64,000 bases of DNA from Marsupella aquatica (Eukaryota; Plantae; Marchantiophyta). Positions 48,967 to 63,700 of this stretch are shown here, in pieces (position 1 is the first letter of the stretch; every line of letters begins with the position of its first letter). The notes beneath the pieces were generated by a model. That model saw only the letters and a program-made list of their open reading frames with translations, searched no databases and had not been told where the DNA came from. The DNA is taken from assembly GCA_973895155.1 (NCBI GenBank), contig OZ316892.1:13880861-13944860 (forward strand), read 5' to 3'. The position numbers were made by a program, and so were the translations under genes.

Positions 48967-51737
48967 CCACTGGCTTCTAATATCAGAAGCTTTGTTGTCG
49001 CAGTCGGACAACCCAATGTTCAATCACATCAGTTTGTAGCATTGCATGCTTAGCCAAGGCTTTTGTAAGAAATCGGTAGCTTGTTTGCAAAGAGATAAAG
49101 AAAGACTGCTGATGATCAGCTTTGCACGCCTAGCCGAGGATATTGTAAGCAAGTCTGCAGCATCGTTGCAAAGAGATAAAGAGTAAATGCTCTGATGATC
49201 GACTAGACGTGAATGTAAGATCCATACGTGGAACCTAGTTTCCTGCTTTCCTGCCCGGGGCTACTATGTTCTACTTAAGAGTTGCTAGTGCAATCAGCTA
49301 AGCGGAGATTTCAATGGTGATTTTCCCGGTTGATCGGAAGAAGGTGATGAGAATACGAAAATGACTAGTTAAGGTTCCTCATCGACAGGAGGCAAAGTCG
49401 AGCGCACCAGTGGACTACAGATAATTAGTTCTTGCCAGTGCAAGATTGTTGGGGTACGTCACAAATCGACACTGAGCATGAGGTTCCAAAATTTTCATTT
49501 CCACCACTAATGGAAAGCGGATACGAAATCTTGCTAGCGGACGGGGTTGTGAAAATATGAAAATTTGTGCCACGGATATCATCTTCTCAAGTTTACTGTA
49601 CTCTTGATTTCAAAGGTGATCAAGTCTTCAAAGCTTGGTCTGCATCAGGGCTCGGGCTTGATTGACTTTCTCCTAGACCATTCCCCTCCATCGGACTGGA
49701 AAGCTTCTTTTTTTCAGGGCTTGAAGATTCTGAGTTAATTTTCGTAAGATGTGTTACACCTTCCATTCTAGAAGATCGCCACGTCTTGTAATTTGAAGAC
49801 AATTTCCGGCTCTGTTTGCAATAAACGTATAATAAACATTGGCAAGAATGCTATCCACTCTGAAGAACTTTTCCACCCTTGCTAGAAAACAACAGGTCAG
49901 TCCTTTGGATGGAAAGAGAAGTTGAAATACCAGGGAGAGGAAGAAAGGTGAAAATGTTGCTGTATACGGTCTGCAGGACGCCTACACAAATCCATGGTTG
50001 AACCCAACAATGGAAAGAGGTCTTTATTGCATAAACTGCATGCTTTTCCAAATTCAATAACCTGAAATCTTTCGATAGGAAGATTTCAAATTTGTAAGAG
50101 GACCAGGTCAGCAGTCCAAAATCAAGGTGTCTAACTCATGGTCGTGGATGAATTGGGTTTTGAATAATCACACGAGAAGTTCGAGGAATATGTGGAAGCA
50201 GAGTGGATTAAAGTTAACGTGTCCAATTCATGGTCGTGCATCTTAGGGGTCTGGTTAATTCCAACGTAAAAGGTTGAAGAGTGTAAAAGTCACAATTTGT
50301 GATTGAACGAGAAGTAATGAGTTTGATGATCCACAGTAATCTACAGGTACCCACAGAAAAGAAGTATAAGTAATACCCATGTTTTGATACATACTTCAAG
50401 GGCTGACACAGATAGTGCACATTCGATGGCGTGATGTTAACCCGGGCCAGCAAAGCATGTTGGCAACGTATCTGGCGCCAAAAAACGACCTGAGTCCAAA
50501 AAATGTCTCCCTCCCGCCCTTTTTATCAGGCAAATTGGAGTTGCCACAGGAGGGGTTATGGTACTACAAAATTGATCCTCATTAGAAAAGAGGACAAGGA
50601 TGCGAAACCAAACAAAACAAAAGGTCCAATCAGAGTGGATTATATTTTCCACTTTATTTATTAAAGGAAAGAGGCCAACTTTTTCCCAAAGGACTTCCAC
50701 ATCTCCATTTGGTCCATTCTCTCAAGCTATATCTCAAACACGAGCCTTTGCCGAGCCAACGTTCCCAAACATATGCAGCGTGCCAGCCATTCAGTCGAAC
50801 TACAAGCTCATCCAGCTGAACTCAGTCGTTGTCCGATAGAAAAACATCCATTCACAACGAAGTCATCGCTATTTCATCTGAACTCTGTGGTCCCATAGCT
50901 TCGTAAAGTAGTGGCCATCACCTATTCTGTTTAATGAAGAGGAATTCACGAACTAGTTGAATCGTCTGGGCGACAAGTAGAAGCATGAAGAAGTGTTATT
51001 GCAATATTCATAGAGGCTCAGAAGCATGTGAAGAGAGTGATAGACTGAAACTTTCCCATGCTTGGCATGACAACTTAAGACTGTCACTTCATCTTTAACA
51101 CACACAAATCTGTGAATATGACCTGAAGTCCATAACTGAAGATCAGCAATTGACTTATATCAACAAAAGGCGGGTTTGGCGGTTGGAGTTCAGCAGACTG
51201 CAGTCATGATATCATGGCAAGTGAAAGATCCCTTTCCTTGGAGTCAAACAGGAAAGCATAGAAGTTATATGGCCTAGTCAAATGGATTTCTAAAGCTATC
51301 CTATCGTCAAGGTGTTTAATGACCTGCAGGACATGTTACAGTTTTTAGAAACCACAAAGAGAGGCAGATGAAAAAGCGTCCTCTCAGGGCATATGACGTA
51401 AACTGAAATGAAAAATCAAGAATTCCGTAAATGGTGCCAAGGTGCATCCACGATTTCTACCCTACCAATCAAAAGGTAGGCCATTCAAACGTGATGAACA
51501 CCACCAAAGCAATGAGTTTGTCCCCAGAAAATGAGTAGCGTGCGAACCGTATAAATGTAAACTTTCTAAAGATCTACATCTAAGCCCACTCCTTTGCCTT
51601 GTAACCCGTGTGTTCCCAAAGCAAAAGCTACTTTAGAGAGGTATGTACAATTCACCTTCTCAAGATGAGCTTGGACCATACACAATCCTTTTTCACCCCC
51701 GTCAATATACAGCTTTCAGATGACACGAGTGAGATAC

Positions 51738-54700
51738 TCAGAGAATTTTTCCTCCAATGTGTGACTTATGCAGTATATGAGTGTCATGGTCAAAGGCTGC
51801 TGTTAACCACAGCCGCTTTATCTGCACAGTGATAAATTGACAAACTGTAAGTCACCAGAAAAAAATGAACAAATATTATTACACACCCAGTTGGTAAACT
51901 TGATTCGCGGAGTGTGCAATTGAGAACTTATCCATTAGAAACTAGTACGTTGCAGCACACACTGCTTGTTGTTTGCATAACAATTTTATGAGGGTCATAG
52001 AAAGTGCTAAAAAGTGATGATTAGAACCCATTTCTTTCCAGTTAACACATTTCTGTGCTGGCGAAAACAGAACTATAACCCTGGACCTAAACACCGTAGG
52101 CAACATAGAAAACGAAAACGCAAGTTTCCATACTTCATTCAAGCGAAGGTGCGAAAGATGCAGCGGATGGCCTCGCTTCAAATACGCATCTTCCTGCTTT
52201 ATACACACAAGTATCCACGGAAACAGAAATTGTTGAGAAATCAAACACCACCACATATCGATCAATGTGTTCTAACGCTGCAAAGCAAATTACTGTCGAT
52301 ACACCACAAAGGTACGGGATACTGGGCTTATTATTTTGTTTTGGGAGAGTTTGGTTTGTTTGGAGTCGGCGGCCAGGCCGTAAAGGAAGATATCGCAGTA
52401 AACATCAAAGCATTAGTCACAGGAACTTTGATGACGGACAGATGGCGACCAAAGTAAGAGCTAGCATACATCCACCATCAATTTCAGAAACGACTATCTA
52501 GCCAGATCTGCAGTCAGAGCATTGGGTAGATTTCAGCAAAGAAACCACGCTTTTGATGTCACTTGATCCTATCAACAACATTGTACGAGGAAAACCATTG
52601 AAGTTCTCAAGATTACGATCCTCAAACCTCGCCATGAAGATCCAAGTATAATGAAGGAGCCGTGCACACGCGATTATTTCGGAGGAGGACTAGCTTTGTT
52701 GACCGCATAAGCAGATAGAGACCAACACCTGCACTCTCTGCACAATGTACTCATTTACTTATAATCAGTAAGTTCCAACATGGGGCTGTTCACAGGTGTA
52801 GCTGAAATACTATCTCTGCGAAGCATGTGAAACAATTTTTCCACTCAAACACATATTTTTGAAGCTCTTAAGTCTGAGGAGCATGGCACTGTTTGAATCA
52901 CCTGTGTCTGCATGACGATAACATTCACCCACGCCATCAATGTTGCAACATTCAGTGCCACAGCAGAAGAGATTCCCACATACTAGACATATTGCGGGCT
53001 CACTGTGCCAGACACGAAGAGAGAAATGGTCAGTCCAGATACTGAACAACAGACGATATCATAAACAGACCTAGCTCAAGTTCAACTAATAACAGCATTA
53101 ATCACACTTTCTTTCCTCATTTTGTGATCCTCTTCCCTTTTCTTTGAATTCAGTTTCATCCGAATTACATTAAGACGTATATCCTGTGGCTGAGAAGCAT
53201 TAAAGATCAGATTTGTGTGCGTGGCCCTTATTAGTATGGCTACTTTGGCATCCAAAGCGTTTCCGAGTTTAGTCAAACCTAATTATGATTTATTTTAGCT
53301 TCGAAGCCGTAACATGAACTTTACCTCTGCATCCTGTACATAATTCTCTTCTCACGACTTAAATTCTCAGACAGGCGACTAATTCGGAGGTCGACTCTTA
53401 CAAAAAATTCCTGTTTGTTTGCTACTTTTAAGTAGACACGTGCCATAGGCAAAGAAGAGGTGATTCTGAACAACAAAGAGGCATGAGGCTCCTAACTTGA
53501 AGGATGAGTGTATCTACTACATGAAGGTTAAGAAAGTTACTGTGGTACACTGCCGCAATTTAAGCAAGCTACCGTCAAGTTTTGGAACACCAACTCCTGC
53601 ACCACCACCGAGATTTTTTCCCAAGTGCATAAGCCCATTGCCTCGAGCAACCAATATTTGACCTTCAGAATAATTCAATCTTGGGACAAGCCAAATGAGT
53701 CACATGTAACTTTAGTGAATCAGAATGACACTGACTGTACTTATCACACCTGGTACTATTGCCCACTAAGACCAGGACATCCTACTACTCTTAGAGGGTC
53801 TGATAATTGTCTCACCTGGAAAACCTCTGGCAATTTGGTAAGCAGAGCTTGTCGGGGAGTTTTGTAAAGGCAAGGCACAACCTGTGATGAGACCATATGT
53901 GAGCCTCCTTGAATAGTGAAACCACCACTTTCCACCGCAAAACAACTGACGGTGCATGGCTCTTTAGCTAGAAATGTTTTAATTGCAAACTGCCTATTAG
54001 CTAGTGCGCAAAGATTGTATTCTACATACATCTATCTTCACGCTTTCAGCCAGTCCGCGAGTCGACGACATTACAAATTCTTAAAAAACATGAGCCAGCA
54101 AGCAAAGCGACGGACTCTTCTTGGCCAAAAGCTCTTATAGACATGGAGATCTTTGCCCATCCAGTAGGGCATAGAGAAATATCAAACTGACTTGCTAAAG
54201 AAAAAATCACCTCGTTGTTTTTCCACCGCCTTCGTTTGCTCATCTCAAGTTTACCTGATCGAACGAAACAAGACGGTCAGGTGCAACAACCTTTGCCAAG
54301 TAAAAATAACATCAACCTCGTCAGTGCAGAGATATTTTGAGTCCAGTTGTCCCCAAGTTAACAAGATTGCAAGAGAGCTCACCCTGCAAACCTAGCGTTG
54401 CTGCATCACGAATACTTGGTAGGTTCAACCACCGTTGTAGGAATGAAGAATCCATGGACAAAAATTCTGCGATATGAGTAATTGACCAAAACGGAAACGC
54501 AGGTTTTAGGACATGATAGATGCTGATTCAAATATCAGAAGCGTAGAGGAGATATCTCTGAAAACTACAACAGGTGATTCCGAAATCAGTCTCAATACCT
54601 CATCGAAAAGTACTACTGATATGAGAGTCAAATGGCTAGGACGACATTAAGACAGAAAATGTGAACCACGATGGTTGAACAAGATTGGAACCGAAATTAC

Positions 54701-57700
54701 TTTGTCTTCATAGAAGTAAAAGTAAAAAGAAAACATTTTTTCTCTCGAATATATTGATATGTGAAAAGAGATACTTCAATAGAAAACTATCCAGGAGCAA
54801 TGTTGTAATGTATTAGTAGGAAAATTTATTTTGTGTAAGAGAATAATGTAAGTCGAAGAATGAAAGGAAAGTATTGCTGCTCAATAGTCTAACCCTTAGT
54901 AAATGTTCAAAACTAAGGTTGATTCCCCTCCCCACAAAAGGTCAGGTTGTTCGTCGAACCTATTCTTTCCAATAAACCAAAATTGTACATACTGTGTCAA
55001 TACTGCGATGTTTTTTAACCTTGCCAGTGCCTACTGCTGTAAGCGTACATGGTCCGCAGTGTCTCTTCTCTAGTACAACGATGCTTTTTTAACCTTGCCA
55101 GTGCCTATTGCTGTAAGCGTACATGGTCGTCAGTGTCTCTTCTCTAGTACAACGATGCATTTTTTAACCTTGCCAGTGCCTATTGCTGTAAGCGTACATA
55201 CTCCCCAGTGTCTCTTCTCTAGTACAATTAAAACTTTGTAAGCCGACAAGAAATTTCCAAAAATTTATGCTATGGACTGTTGTTATTCACCTTGTCTACC
55301 TTTATGGTATTGCACGTTGTTGTCTGTGACAATCTCCACCTGCAATTGGACCCAATCATTCAGGCTACCTTAGCAGTGCATCTCTGCTAACCGTTCCGAA
55401 AACTGATTACACTGTTCGTATTATACTTCACGGGGAGAATCAACGAATGGATAAACAAATGTAGAAACACTGAGAATGCAGTAAGAGAAAGAACCAGAAG
55501 CCAAAACCACGATTTTTGCTTTTCAGTAAGGTTTCAAGCTGGACTCTAGTTCCCTGGTAATAAAAACATGTAGTGTAAAGCTATGACCTGGGTTCAATCG
55601 AAACCAATTTCAGGACCTTTCAGCGGCTGTAGAGTGTGTATCTACGACTTGGATCACAGGCCTGATAAGTGTGCAACTCACCAGCAAGGCAGCTCTTCGC
55701 AGAAATGGTAGACATGCCACTTGCATTACTTTGTCCTTCAAACTGCCTAATGAAAGATCAGCATCATCTCCATCTCTATTCAGCTGGTCAAAAGCAAATG
55801 ATGCTTGGGTAGCAGCAACTACATATGTAACCCTGACCATTGTCATGACATCTTGGAAACTAGGCCAGCCTTCAAAAGTCTGCAGAGAGGCAAGAAAAAG
55901 TTCAATGACTCGGCAGGTAATCCTCATCAATATTTCACCCATCCCTTTACTCTTGACGATGAAAACAAATAGAATGCCAAGGTTGCACACTTACGACCAG
56001 GAGCATGATGAGAAGCTCAAATGGATCACTTGACTCTACGGCTCCAGAATTTGAAGACTTGGTATTGTTCCACAGCCATCCTATGTTCGTAGGGTCGCCC
56101 ACTTCAAAGGTTTCCCCTCTTCCCCACATGGCTGCCATTTCATCTCCTCCACGATTTTTTAGATTTTCAAACTTCCTGCTAAAATGATCCTTCCTTTTTT
56201 CTTGCCAGCGTCCATCAGCAGCACCAGTAAACCGGGGTTGTTCAATACTCTTCTGATTGGATCTTAACTCTGCTATTGATGGTAAGGCCTTATCGTCTGC
56301 ACTGAAGACACTCTCAAACTGATTTCGTTGATCTAGCTGACTATCTGATTGTTTCACAGCCTTATCGACTTGAGGAGAGCTCATAAATGTCAACTTAATA
56401 TCATCCTTAAACTTATTTATGATAGCTTCGTCAAACCCTATCCACTGTAAAACCAGTAGTCTCTTCTGGTGCTTGGATGCTGAAAGAAAACAGAGTATAA
56501 ATATCAGTTTATGACACCATCTGATAACTCATCTCAAGATCCTACTTGACCATGTACATGAGTGAGCGATTCAGGCAGATGCAAGATTTTAATAGTTCAA
56601 ACTTTTGTGACCCGGCTGAATTCCTGGATATGTCTCTTTCGTTCTCACATGCTTTTCCTCCACAAGTGAGTGGAGGAAATTCCAGGCCAATTCCGAGTCC
56701 ATTGCGGCTACTGATCCTCCATAAATCAAGAGACAACTTCTGCTAAGAAGACAAAATCACTCTAACTAATTCCTGATAAATCAAAAATTAAGCCCGGAGA
56801 AGTACCTGCACAGGGCATTGTATTTGTAAGCAAGGCCAACTTTCCAAGCTCTGTGAGTGCTCGCCGATGAGCTGCATCACCACCCCAAAGACGAGCATCC
56901 TCAGAGGATCCAGAGGACGATGCAACACTTTTGACTGTAGGACCTTCCCGGGTCTCAACCTCGCAATGAACTATGTTTTCTGCAAACGTTTCCCACAGTA
57001 TCTGCAAGGAGTATTGAAGAGCCGCAGTTCCCACACAAACGTCAAATTACCAATGGCTTGTAGCCCAAATCTACGTAGGACACCGTTATGCGGGAATGAG
57101 ATCTAGAAACAAGAGAGAAATCTCGAACGTAGAACCGACAGTGTCCCCGCAACTCCTGATAGACACCTACAGCCAGATTCCAACTTCTTATGTTCCTGAA
57201 GTACAAGAAGACCACAATCCCAAAATAATAATGGAAGTCTGCTCTTAGTCCTGTCCCGTCCACTTAACTGACCTGACATAGTGGAAGGCCCTCCAATTCT
57301 GGCGGTTCCTTGAGAAAAGCATTCCTTACTCTGAGGCACTGCGCAATGGAGTCAAGAGACTGAGAATTTTCCTCGGAGCCATCTTGAAATATTTGATTTT
57401 AGGTGGAGACTCAGAAAACACATCTTTTACTTTTAGAGCAAAGTTCATTTCAACAAGTTATACCTGTGAAGCAAAGAGAGCTATTGCTTCTGCTAGATTC
57501 TCATGAGTGTACCAATACTGTTCCCAGTATTGCACATCATTCAGATCCGTCGAGCCTGCCGGAAATAGGGAGTTCAGATCGAAGAAGGTAAGATCCTCAT
57601 CAAGCTCGTTGTCTTGCGTTGGGAGCACTCCCTTTATCGCTTGTTCTTCTTTAGTGCAAGGCCTGTTCCAGGGAATCATTTGGTTGACGTCTGGCAGAAG

Positions 57701-60700
57701 GACATTTGCTAATCGGCGACAAATGGGACAAAGGAAGTCCATTCTTCGAAGATCAAGCAGTCCCTTGCCTGAACTCAGCCAATCACAACAACTGCAACCA
57801 GTCAATGGTTTATACATACTGGAAGAATAAAAGGCACACTACTATAAGACACAGTTACATGGTCTTGTGTCCAAGCAGGAGATGGTATTATTGACAAATA
57901 TAATAACATTAAAATAAATATTTTAGATAACCTGATGTCCAGATGACAGCCAAGGATGCTCAGAGCATGGGTCAACCCGTACCTATCATATGTAACTAGT
58001 ACGACGCTGTTATCCAAAACATACTATAAAACCGAACTCCACCAAAGGAAGAGTTCCCAAACCTTCATAAGGGGACTTGGCATCGTGTCTTTTCCATAGT
58101 GACTCTGCGTATCGTTGGAAGCAAGTCTGGTGCATCTGTAGACATCATCATGCTCAATTTAACGCTTTACTGGAACTGTGCATGGCTAGAAAATAGAAAT
58201 CCGGCTATAAAAGTAGATGACTGTCCATCAAAATCCCTAACCCACTTTCTAACTTTTAGACAGCGAACTCCCGATGGCTTCAAGACACATAACACAACTC
58301 TGAATGGAAAATTCCCTCCGCAAATATACAAAATCACAAATCTGGACGTTTGGGCTGGCAGATACAATGACGTATCTACAAATTAATCTTCCAAGAAAAG
58401 AGATTTAAAACACTTTGAGAAACTTTATTAGCAAAACATGACGACGTCGTCACATACCTGATGTCCACAGCAACGAACATGTTCTGTGGGACGAAGGTCA
58501 AGGTTTCCAGCAGAAGACAAATCTTTCTCAGAGGTGGCAGCCACAACGGAAATCATATCTGAGAACCAGATCCCATCATGCTCATACTCAGTTTCCACTA
58601 AACTGCGGACCTCCTCCACGTGGTTCAGACACTTGCCTCTACTGTGGATAAGACTCGGTAGATTGTAACGTTGCACCAACGCAATCCATCCTGTTGGTGA
58701 TTCTTTGCCATCACACTGCCATGGAGCCCTCAATTAGTCAATGAAACACAGGACGCAAAGAAATTGTACAGAGAGAACACGACAACTTGGTAGGATCCAA
58801 ACATACATCAACAGCTTTCCGCGCCAAGACGAGATATTTGAGGCTTACAATAAAAAGAGTGACGTACTTTCGCAAGAAAGTCTAGCACTTCTGCAAAAAA
58901 AACTCACCTCACTGCGACAAAAAGCACATTCATGCTGATCACTTTCATGGCCAGTGCTTCCTACGGGTCTTGTTTCTCTCGAAGCTGTGTCCAGAGGTGA
59001 TTCATTAACTTGAGTCGTGGACCACGCGATATCGTTCTCTTTCGAAGGTGAAGCTACGTCTTGTACTCCTTTCGAGTCATCTCCGTCCACAGTTTTTTCG
59101 AGGAAGGCCTTTTGCCTGTAGAATTAAGGGATTGAGACAATCCGAATGGGTTGGAAAACCTTCGAATTGATCTTTGAATTCAAGTAAAAACAGAATTTTT
59201 AGCCTCGTCCTTTGAATTGAAATTTCTGTCAGCACAAATTATCTGAAAATGCGTCAATAATCCAACAAACCCTCACCTTGCTGCAAACGTTGCTAAGATG
59301 GCCTCTTGTCGCTGCTTCTTTAATTTTCGCTGTTCATCGTCCATATATGCATCTGAACCCTGGAGAGGCTTAATGGTGATAGGCAATCAAGTGAACTATC
59401 ATGTTAACAAAAGTTTTACAGGATTAAAAGACCAAAATATGCAGTATGCTATGATTTTCAAGTAGGAAATTACCTGAGGACTGATTGATTCGAAACCAGA
59501 ATTCGTGACCGAAGACGAGCTCAGAAGCTGTAAAACATGGTCGACCATATCCACCAATCCTGCAGGCACCAGGAAGAAAGAGGACAGAAGAACCAAAAAG
59601 TGTCCTCAGCAGTCAGCTATTGAAACGTCAAAGATATACGGCTAGAAATACTCTAAAATCGTGACCAACAAAACAAATCTTAGCACGAATTTTAAAGTGA
59701 ACTGACATACTCAACATGAAAATAAGAATGCCACTCAACTTTACATATGACAACAAACGCCTGCTCGACCAACAACAGCTGTAAGGACTTACGTAATGAC
59801 TCCCTCACTTTTCGCAGATCACTGAGCATCTCAAAGATGCTTGGATACGTGCCAGAGGAGTCTTGATTGTCAAAGCATACTGTCCCTCCTCCATGATTGA
59901 TGCTTGGCTTGCTGTATATAAAATCCCAAATAATGTTCGAAGGCTGCAGTGAAGAGGATTTCATCTGCGAGCTTTGAGATGTCATCGATAGTTCGTGCAA
60001 GTTGCTGGCTAATTCTCTGCAAAGTCAAACGGAGCATGGGATCAACAGAAAACACAAGAAGTAAAAGTTCAAATAATCAACCATTCGAATCTCTGACACA
60101 GTACAGAAATAATTAGAAACCGGTACTTAAATCATTAAACACATAGCAGTTCAGTAACATACCGAATGTCCGTGAGAGCCATTCCCAATAGCTGAAGAGT
60201 CATAACTCCCAGAGCCTCCGCTGATGTCGCCGTCACCTCATCTCGAATGAGTATTGTCACGCTGTGTAGCACATTCCATATAAGTTGATGGCAAGCCTGC
60301 AATTTATTCATTTGTACTCTCTTAGTTTTGTCTAAATAGAAACGAAATTCAAAATTCCAGAGAGACAATTTGAACTCCTTTGAAACTTGACAACGTTTAA
60401 ACTTCCACCGAGCTCGAATTTTCGGACGACGAAAAGCTACATGCTCTACCGTGCACATTAACAACTAAGTTCTCGAGGAGGATGGATATGGTAACCTGAG
60501 TATGCAGGAGCTTGATCAATCGGTTGAATGGAGGCTTGGCGTCACTTGGAGGGTGAAGACGCCAATAGTGTGATAGCTTTCCAACACTCAGAGCTCGTTC
60601 CTGGTCATGAGAAGCTCACGGATTTCGTGAGTAAACAATTTTACAAACGAATTCCCTGAATGGAGAATGAACGCAAGTAAACAAGCCTCAGGACTTGACT

Positions 60701-63700
60701 GCGACATATGTATGCAGTTAGTCTGAAAGGGTGAGGTGACCTTTCGAAGCCATATGTTGGGATAAATCAGAAAAATAGGACCAGAACTTCTATTCCAATT
60801 TGGGAATCCACTACAGTCACAGAACCAAGATATCTCAATTAACTTACTTGAAAAATACGGGTAAGCCTTAGCATTCGAAAAGACCATTCTATCGGATATT
60901 CCGAGATAAAGATTTGCTCTCTTTTAATTTTCTATCCCTGAGATTCGCCGTACCTGAGCCTCCTCCAGATCATTCAAGTAGAAGTGTGCAAACAAAGGGT
61001 CGAACTCCTTCCAGCACTCTGGCTTCAGCTGATAAAATCCTCGCTCCTGCAGCTATATAAAGGCAAACGCCAAAAATTGGACATCTCAAACGTCAAAAAA
61101 TTTCTCTTAAAACACGATGAGGACAATAAAAATTTGGTACAAAAAGTTTCCTGTATCTGTGAAGATGCTTTGCTTTGACAACAGATTGAAGATTCTGCAA
61201 AGACCCTGACTTTCAAAAAGATTAGGCAGTGGCCCACGACGGTAAATAATTGCATTGAGCTGGTTGTAATGAGCATCACCCTTGGACCGTTATAGATCGC
61301 CACTTCTCCCAAAACACGCCTCAACTTGGATTGGTCAACCAGTATTCCACTGAGGGCGTAAGAAAGCTGCAGTCCCACCAATAGTCAGGAGAATCCTGAA
61401 GTACTGAGATACTGTTAAAAATAGGTGGACTGACATTCTTAAACACTCAATATTTCAGGCGCCCTCAAAGATGAATGAAGCCCTGTCCCAGACTAACTTA
61501 AATGCATCTTTTTCAGCACAAACAACTTTCTAACAATCTTATCTTTTCGAAGGTAAAGATACGTCCAACCAAAATCGACGCGCAAACATCAAATTAATCA
61601 GTAAGTTGAAAGTGCTGGACAACACCGATACCTGTGAATATGTCATGTCCCGTACACATAGCCATTGGATGACATCGGATCGTAGACTCTCTTTCTACAG
61701 ATAGAAAGAAGATGACGGGTGAGAAAGGTTTGAAAATAAATGAAAGACAAGACAGCACTGCTCCGACTACAGAAGGATTTTTCAGATTTTGTCATTAAGA
61801 AAGTAACGAGTGGGCAAAGTTTCCAATACAAAATCGCAACATTGCTCCAGAGAACGGAAAATTTTCACATTTGTCATTAACAGTATTCATGATCAGTTGA
61901 GTACCTCAGACATCCCAGTATTCCTCCGCTCCCGCACAATCTGGGTAACGCCGTCTTGATTAGAATCCCATAAAGGGCAGCAAATGATGGAGAGGTCAAT
62001 CAAACACAGTGCATACAACAGTGATGTCCAAGCGTCGACAGACAAAGGAAGACATTGACTAACAAGGCCTCGGTCGTGCAATACGGCCACTCAATTCTGA
62101 TTTAAGCCACCGTGCAGGGACTTGTGACCTGGAATCCTGGATAAATTTGATCCTGCTTGCACTTTACCTCAAAAGCTTGTGACGTTCATTTAAGGCTCAT
62201 CTAAACAAATCAATAAAAACCTCAGAACTGTACACTACTTCTTTCTAGACAATCACTCCCATACCAACTAGCTATGAAGCTTTCAAGCTCACCAGCAACA
62301 TGAGTCGCAAGAAGTCCTGTATCATTGACACTTTCTTAGGAGACAACAGTCGATTTTGAGCTCCCAAATCTTTCGGCATGGTAACCATGTCGACTAGCTG
62401 CGCAGATAAATACAACAAAAGCAAGCGTTACCAAAACATGTTGAATTAAGAATTCGAAGTCCATCAAGTTGCTTCCCTACCAATCAATTTATTAGAATAG
62501 CCTCACGTTTAACCTCTAAATCAAAACCATTATGATTTCATATCTAGAACCCTCCTAGTGCTGTCATGCACTGTTCTACACTCTCCCTTCTCAAGCTCCT
62601 TCATTTACCCAGCTTAGACTACCCATGCTCATATTCAAGCTCCAAGTAAACCTGAAATACTTTTAATATGTGAAAACCTACATCAAATCGTTTTGCTATA
62701 GTCAACACCACTGACTCCTCCATGTTTTCCCGAGCAACAGAACAAATTTGCAGCATGAAGATGTCCATGTCCATCGATCTGCACCAACACGAGCTCAATT
62801 CCGGTCATTACAAAGCAACTACTGACACACAGGAAATCTTCTCACGAACCCGTTAGAGCCGTTAATCACCAATTGAAATCTGTCTTAATGTCGCTTGGAA
62901 GGCATTTCATAGATCCCACAAGTACGTTCTTAGGGACCGATCCACCCACATAATATTTCGCTAGTTATCTCAGCTGGCAGAGAACCTTCCTCTAGATAGA
63001 TCCTGCTACGATACCTTAGGAGGATCATAGGTGTCAGGTTACAGAAATTCAAAACCGAACAGGACGATCACTTACTGTGCGTGCCAAATGCTACCACGAT
63101 AGATGATATCCAACCGAGTAAAATCCTCTGAGCTGTTTCGCCACATTTGAGCACGAATCTGATAGATACCAGATGACGGCAAAGATCAGGATCATCACCG
63201 ACATTGTCGCCCATATAAATGTAAATGCTTCGATACCAAGGACCCTTGCATCAGGTAGCTGACAAACACAATCTACCACACTAGCAATTGACTCCAGACC
63301 TGTGCCATCCAAACCGTGACTCTCAGTGGATGATCCATCAAAGCGAGAACCTGTATAAAACACGCATGGGAGTCAGGCTCGAGAAATGTTTTGGTCTCAA
63401 CACTTCAGAACGCTAGCAAAGGAAGCGTGCTCACAACGTAGATTTATAGGGAAAGACCTTCAAGATATGCTCGATTCTCTCTGCTAACACGCCTCCTGAA
63501 AGAATTGACAGACTCAATGAAATATAATTTTTTATCAGAAGGTATTATAGGAACCCTTCCATCATAAGTTATTGCTTTATCTGACCTCATTCTCTTCGAA
63601 AGGCGGTTGTAAGTTTGAAAGGAAACCATCCCTTGACTCTTCCCATGGCATCAACACAAGCTTACTTATGATTGCACAGAGGGTCCGATGAAGAGGAATG

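Noticed and set aside
52014-52457. 147-aa basic plus-strand ORF
   Set aside because: Antisense to UBR exons and introns, with no recognisable domain
55007-55227. CRISPR-like appearance of repeats with a short variable segment (also 25920 and 38605)
   Set aside because: No unique spacers, no cas genes, eukaryotic intron; ordinary minisatellites
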